Of a stretch of 64,000 bases of DNA, positions 58,709 through 64,000 are shown piece after piece. The stretch covers positions 6,150-70,149 of the forward strand of contig CAZXJB010000001.1 in assembly GCA_964640965.1 (NCBI GenBank), read 5' to 3'. A program made the position numbers and the translations under genes. Position 1 is the first letter of the stretch; each line of letters begins with the position of its first letter. The notes under the pieces were generated by a model. It was not told where the DNA came from. It did no database searches and saw only the letters and a list, made by a program, of their open reading frames with translations. The stretch comes from an uncultured Actinomycetes bacterium (GTDB lineage: Bacteria; Actinomycetota; UBA4738; HRBIN12).

Positions 58709-60707
58709 GCGGCTGCGACGCGAGCTGGAGCGGGCCGCCCGGCCCGCCGACCCCACCGGCGTCTACGAGGAGCTGATCCGCCGGCGCGAGCGGCGCCGCA
58801 TCGTCCGCCGCGTGGAGGCGGGGTTCGTCGCCTTCGCCGTGAGCGTGGGGAGCATCGTGGGGATCTGGGTCCTCGTCCGCGGGTCCGAGGGCGGCACGGT
58901 GGCCACCCCCGGCCCCGGGGACGAGATCGCGGCCCTGCTGTACCGCTCGCCTTTCGGGCAGCCGCCGACGGACGGAGGGGCGTGGCAGCCCACATCCCTC
59001 GAGCTCGCGCTGATCTCGGCCCGGGACGGCTCGATCCGGACCCTCCTGTCGTCACGAGGTGAGGTCTCCGGGGATCGCATCCTCTCCACCCCCAGCTGGT
59101 CGCCGGACGGGAGCACCCTCGCGTTCTGGCGCGTCCCCGATCGAGCGCGCGCGGATCCGCCGGGCCTGTACACGATCGATGCCGAGGGCGGTCCGCCGAA
59201 GCTCCTGCTCGAGACCGAGCTGTCGATCCAGGACCTCGCCTGGTCCCCGGACGGCACGCGCGTCGCGTTCGTCGGCCTGGAGCCCACCGACGGGACGGAG
59301 CTCGACTGGCCGACCGCGATCTACACGGTGGCGGCCGACGGTTCCGGCCCGGTTGCTCGGCTCCCGATCGAGGGCCCGATCCGGGACCTCGCCTGGTCCC
59401 CCGACGGCTCGCTCCTCGCGATCACGCGGCTCGCCCCCGGGGGTGAGGGCGGCCTCCAGGCCCGACTGATCACCGAGGACATCTACCTCGTGGACCCCGT
59501 GGACGGGAGCATCACGCGCCTCACCGACGACGGGCGGTCCTCCGACCCCGCCTGGTCGCCCGACGGGCGCCAGATCGCCTTCACGAGCAGCGGCGAGACC
59601 CCGCTCCCGGGGCTCTTCGTGATGAACGCGGACGGGAGCGGGCGGCGCCGGCTGACCTTCCCGGACGGCGCGGACGCCAGCCCGACCTGGTCGCCCGACG
59701 GGCGGTGGATCGCCGTCGCGCGGTCCACGCTCAGCCCGAGCGGCGCGAGCGGGCCCATCGGGGGCTCCTCCTGCCAGGTGGTGCTGGTCGCCGCCGACGG
59801 CTCCGGGGAGCGCGTCCTCGTGGACGGCCCCATCGACGGCGCCTGCGCGACCGAGCTCGCCTGGCGTCCCGCCCCGGTCGCCACCTCACCGACGGACCAG
59901 GTCTCCGAGGCACCGAGCCCCCTCCCGACGACCTCGCCCTCCACCGCGAGCCCGGCCCCGGCCAGCCCCTCCCCGGTGCCAGATCTCGCCGCGGGGTGCG
60001 GCCTCTCCGCGATCCAGGGCGACTACGACGGGGACGGCGTCCTCGACGTCGCGGTCGTCGCGACCCTCTCCGCCGACGGCAGCTGCCCCGAGCCCGGCAA
60101 GGGCGAGACGTACCTCGGCATCGGCTTCGGCCAGACCGAGCAGGACGTGGGCGCCGGGACCTTCGGCGCGGACCTCGCCTTCGGCCCGCTCGAGTGCGGC
60201 GCGGACGTCGGCTGTCGGGTGTTCGCGGCCCCCGACCTCGACGGGGACGGGACGGCGGAGATCGCGGTCGTCCAGGACGCGGGGGCCAGCGCCGAGATCC
60301 TCGGCCTGTACCGGATGGAGATCTGCGGGCCGGCCCAGGACTGCCTCACCTCCTCCTGGATCTCCGCCATCGAGGTCGCCGAGCCCGGTGACCCCACCCT
60401 CCCGCTGGAGCCCGGGCCCGCGCGGATCCTGTGGGGCGGCTCGGTCGTCGAGTCCTACGGCGCGTACTGCGGCCCGATGGAGGGCGACCCGCCGACCGAT
60501 GAGACGGGCTTCGTCGTGTGGCGTGCGTCCGCCGATGCCGCCGGCTCGGGAGCGACGGTGCACGAGGCGCTGCTCCAGCTCCGGGGGGCGCGCCTGCGGG
60601 TGGTCGCGACCCACGACTACGAGGTCCCGTCGACGGCGGCCGGCCTTCCCCCCGGTGGCGGCTCCGACCTGTGCGGGGCGCCGGTGGCGGGCCCGGGCGG
60701 GGACTGA
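58662..60707 (+). CDS. membrane-anchored anti-sigma-like protein with a TolB/PD40 beta-propeller and a C-terminal FG-GAP/VCBS-like domain
   Basis: A single TM 'GFVAFAVSVGSIVGIWVLV' is followed by repeated 'WSPDG' PD40 motifs and 'DGDGVLDVAVV' / 'DLDGDGTAEIAVV' FG-GAP-like repeats. The start overlaps the sigma gene (GTG 58662 or TTG 58692). Confidence 0.65.
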   Translation: MSPRPRRRTTLTRLDERLRRELERAARPADPTGVYEELIRRRERRRIVRRVEAGFVAFAVSVGSIVGIWVLVRGSEGGTVATPGPGDEIAALLYRSPFGQPPTDGGAWQPTSLELALISARDGSIRTLLSSRGEVSGDRILSTPSWSPDGSTLAFWRVPDRARADPPGLYTIDAEGGPPKLLLETELSIQDLAWSPDGTRVAFVGLEPTDGTELDWPTAIYTVAADGSGPVARLPIEGPIRDLAWSPDGSLLAITRLAPGGEGGLQARLITEDIYLVDPVDGSITRLTDDGRSSDPAWSPDGRQIAFTSSGETPLPGLFVMNADGSGRRRLTFPDGADASPTWSPDGRWIAVARSTLSPSGASGPIGGSSCQVVLVAADGSGERVLVDGPIDGACATELAWRPAPVATSPTDQVSEAPSPLPTTSPSTASPAPASPSPVPDLAAGCGLSAIQGDYDGDGVLDVAVVATLSADGSCPEPGKGETYLGIGFGQTEQDVGAGTFGADLAFGPLECGADVGCRVFAAPDLDGDGTAEIAVVQDAGASAEILGLYRMEICGPAQDCLTSSWISAIEVAEPGDPTLPLEPGPARILWGGSVVESYGAYCGPMEGDPPTDETGFVVWRASADAAGSGATVHEALLQLRGARLRVVATHDYEVPSTAAGLPPGGGSDLCGAPVAGPGGD

Positions 60708-60709
60708 GC

Positions 60710-60759
60710 CTCAGCCGGCGAGGGCGAGGACGAGCTCAGCCGGCGAGGGCGAGGACGAG
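60710..60759. repeat. 25-bp perfect tandem duplication (ctcagccggcgagggcgaggacgag x2) spanning the hemW stop codon
   Basis: The repeat is read directly. Confidence 0.9.
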
Positions 60760-61832
60760 CTCGTTCAGCACAAGCATGCCGCGCTCGGTCGGCACAAGCG
60801 CCCCGTCCGCCCGCCGCAGGAGGCCGGCCTCGAGCAGCGGGCAGGCGGCGCTCGGCTCCGCCCAGGAGGCCGGGACGCCCTCGAGGATGCGCAGGCGCAG
60901 GAACACCTCCTCGAGGCGCGCCTCCTCGGGCCCGAGGCGCTCCTCGCCGCCGATCGGGAGCTCGCCCGCTTCCACCCGTCGCACGTACTCCTGGGGCGGT
61001 CGGACGTTCCACCAGCGGCGCTCGCCGCGGTAGGAGTGCGCGCCAGCGCCGAGCCCGAGGTAGGGCTCGCGCCGCCAGTACCCGAGGTTGTGCCGGCACT
61101 CGAACCCCGGCCTGGCCCAGTTCGAGACCTCGTAGTGCCGGTACCCGGCCGCGCCGAGGAGCTCGCAGGCGAGGGCGAACATCTCGGCCTGCAGATCCGG
61201 GTCCGGAGCGGGCCGCAGCCCGAGCGCGACCTGCCGTCCGAGCGGGGTCCCCGGCTCGACCGTGAGGGCGTAGGCGCTCACGTGCTCGGGCCCGAGGGCG
61301 ATCGCCTCGCGGAGCGTCCGCTCCCAGGAGGCGAGCGTCTCGCCCTCCGCCCCGTAGATCAGGTCCAGGTTCACGTCCTCGAAGCCCGCCTGGCGAGCGG
61401 CGGCCATCGCCCGACGGACCGAGTCCGGACCATGCACCCGTTCGAGCGACGCGAGCACCGCGGGATCGAAGGACTGCGCGCCCATCGACAGGCGCGTGAC
61501 CCCGGCCTCGCGCAGGGCCGCGAGCTTCGCGGCGTCCACCGTGTCCGGGTTCGCCTCGACCGAGACCTCGGCCCCCGGTGCGATCCGGAAGCGCTCCCGG
61601 AGGGCCGCGAGGACCGCCGTCAGGTCCCCCGCGGGGAGCGTCGTCGGGGTCCCGCCGCCCACGAACACGCTGCGGACCTCCTCCTCCGCCCAGGCCGGCG
61701 CGGCGAGCTCGGCCTCGCGGATCAAGGCTCGGACGTACGGCGCGCGCAGGTGCTCCAGCCCCGCGTACGCGTTGAAGTCGCAGTACCCGCAGCGGGTGAG
61801 GCAGAAGGGCACGTGGACGTAGATGCCCGCGC

Positions 61833-61836
<4 letters not shown>
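60736..61836 (-). CDS. hemW: radical SAM heme chaperone HemW (HemN-like)
   Basis: The radical-SAM motif '[10 protein letters not shown]' and the HemN_C domain are present. ATG 61836 overlaps the lepA stop (ATGA). Confidence 0.85.
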
Positions 61837-63653
<1,817 letters not shown>

Positions 63654-63716
63654 CGTACGGGCCGGCGGGCGGGGAGCCGCGGGCGCCCCGTATCGCCCCT
63701 GGTACACTCCACGGCC

Positions 63717-64000
63717 GTGGCGAACATCAGGTCGCAGATCAAGCGCAACCGCCAGGCCGCCAAGGCTCGCCTGCGGAACAAGTCGGTCCGCTCGGCGCTG
63801 AAGACCGCGCGGAAGAAGGTGCGGCTCGCGCTCGGCCAGGGCGACGTCGAGAGCGCCCTCGCGCGGGCTCGCGAGGCCAGCCGCGCCTACGACAAGGCCG
63901 CCTCGAAGGGGGTCCTCCACAAGCGGGCCGCGGCGCGGCACAAGTCCCGGCTCGCCCGCGCGGTGAACCGGGCCCTCGCCACGGGCGCCGGCGAGCGCTA
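63717..64000 (+). CDS. rpsT: 30S ribosomal protein S20, partial (runs past the window end)
   Basis: '[29 protein letters not shown]...' matches S20. A GTG start is present. It is divergent from lepA. Confidence 0.8.
   Translation, partial: MANIRSQIKRNRQAAKARLRNKSVRSALKTARKKVRLALGQGDVESALARAREASRAYDKAASKGVLHKRAAARHKSRLARAVNRALATGAGER

Overview
This is a ~72% GC, Actinomycetota-like core chromosomal segment that is densely coding. On the minus strand it carries a partial ABC permease, a polyamine-type ABC substrate-binding protein and the dgt-dnaG-rpoD block. A cell-wall remodelling neighbourhood follows, with a DUF218 protein, lipoproteins, an M15-like peptidase, ppdK, an M23 peptidase, a coiled-coil membrane protein and an HExxH lipoprotein. 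After glyS there is a cNMP/CBS/DUF294 signalling protein and a GntR-controlled kinase/dehydrogenase/aldolase operon. A large polyamine/ethanolamine gamma-glutamylation catabolic supercluster covers ~25.8-43.3 kb. It holds three glutamine-synthetase-like genes, two class-III aminotransferases, two GATase1 hydrolases, two APC permeases, a formamidase and a GAF-PucR regulator. The conserved uppS-recO and era-cdd-corC-ybeY-phoH blocks follow; they are interrupted by an ALDH/deoC/cupredoxin insertion and flanked by hrcA-dnaJ-HIT. The segment ends with a VIT iron transporter, an ECF sigma/anti-sigma pair, hemW, lepA and rpsT. The most striking feature is a 359-aa LAGLIDADG intein with an unusual Ala1/Thr+1 junction inserted in the PhoH P-loop ATPase. 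Other notable items are perfect short tandem duplications, a 13-bp x4 repeat array in a peptidase 5' region, pervasive 4-nt GTGA/ATGA start-stop overlaps, a CIRCE operator at hrcA, and palindromic candidate operators in the GntR divergent region. Many long track ORFs are wrong-frame artefacts of the high GC and were rejected. No rRNA, tRNA, CRISPR or transposase was recognised.
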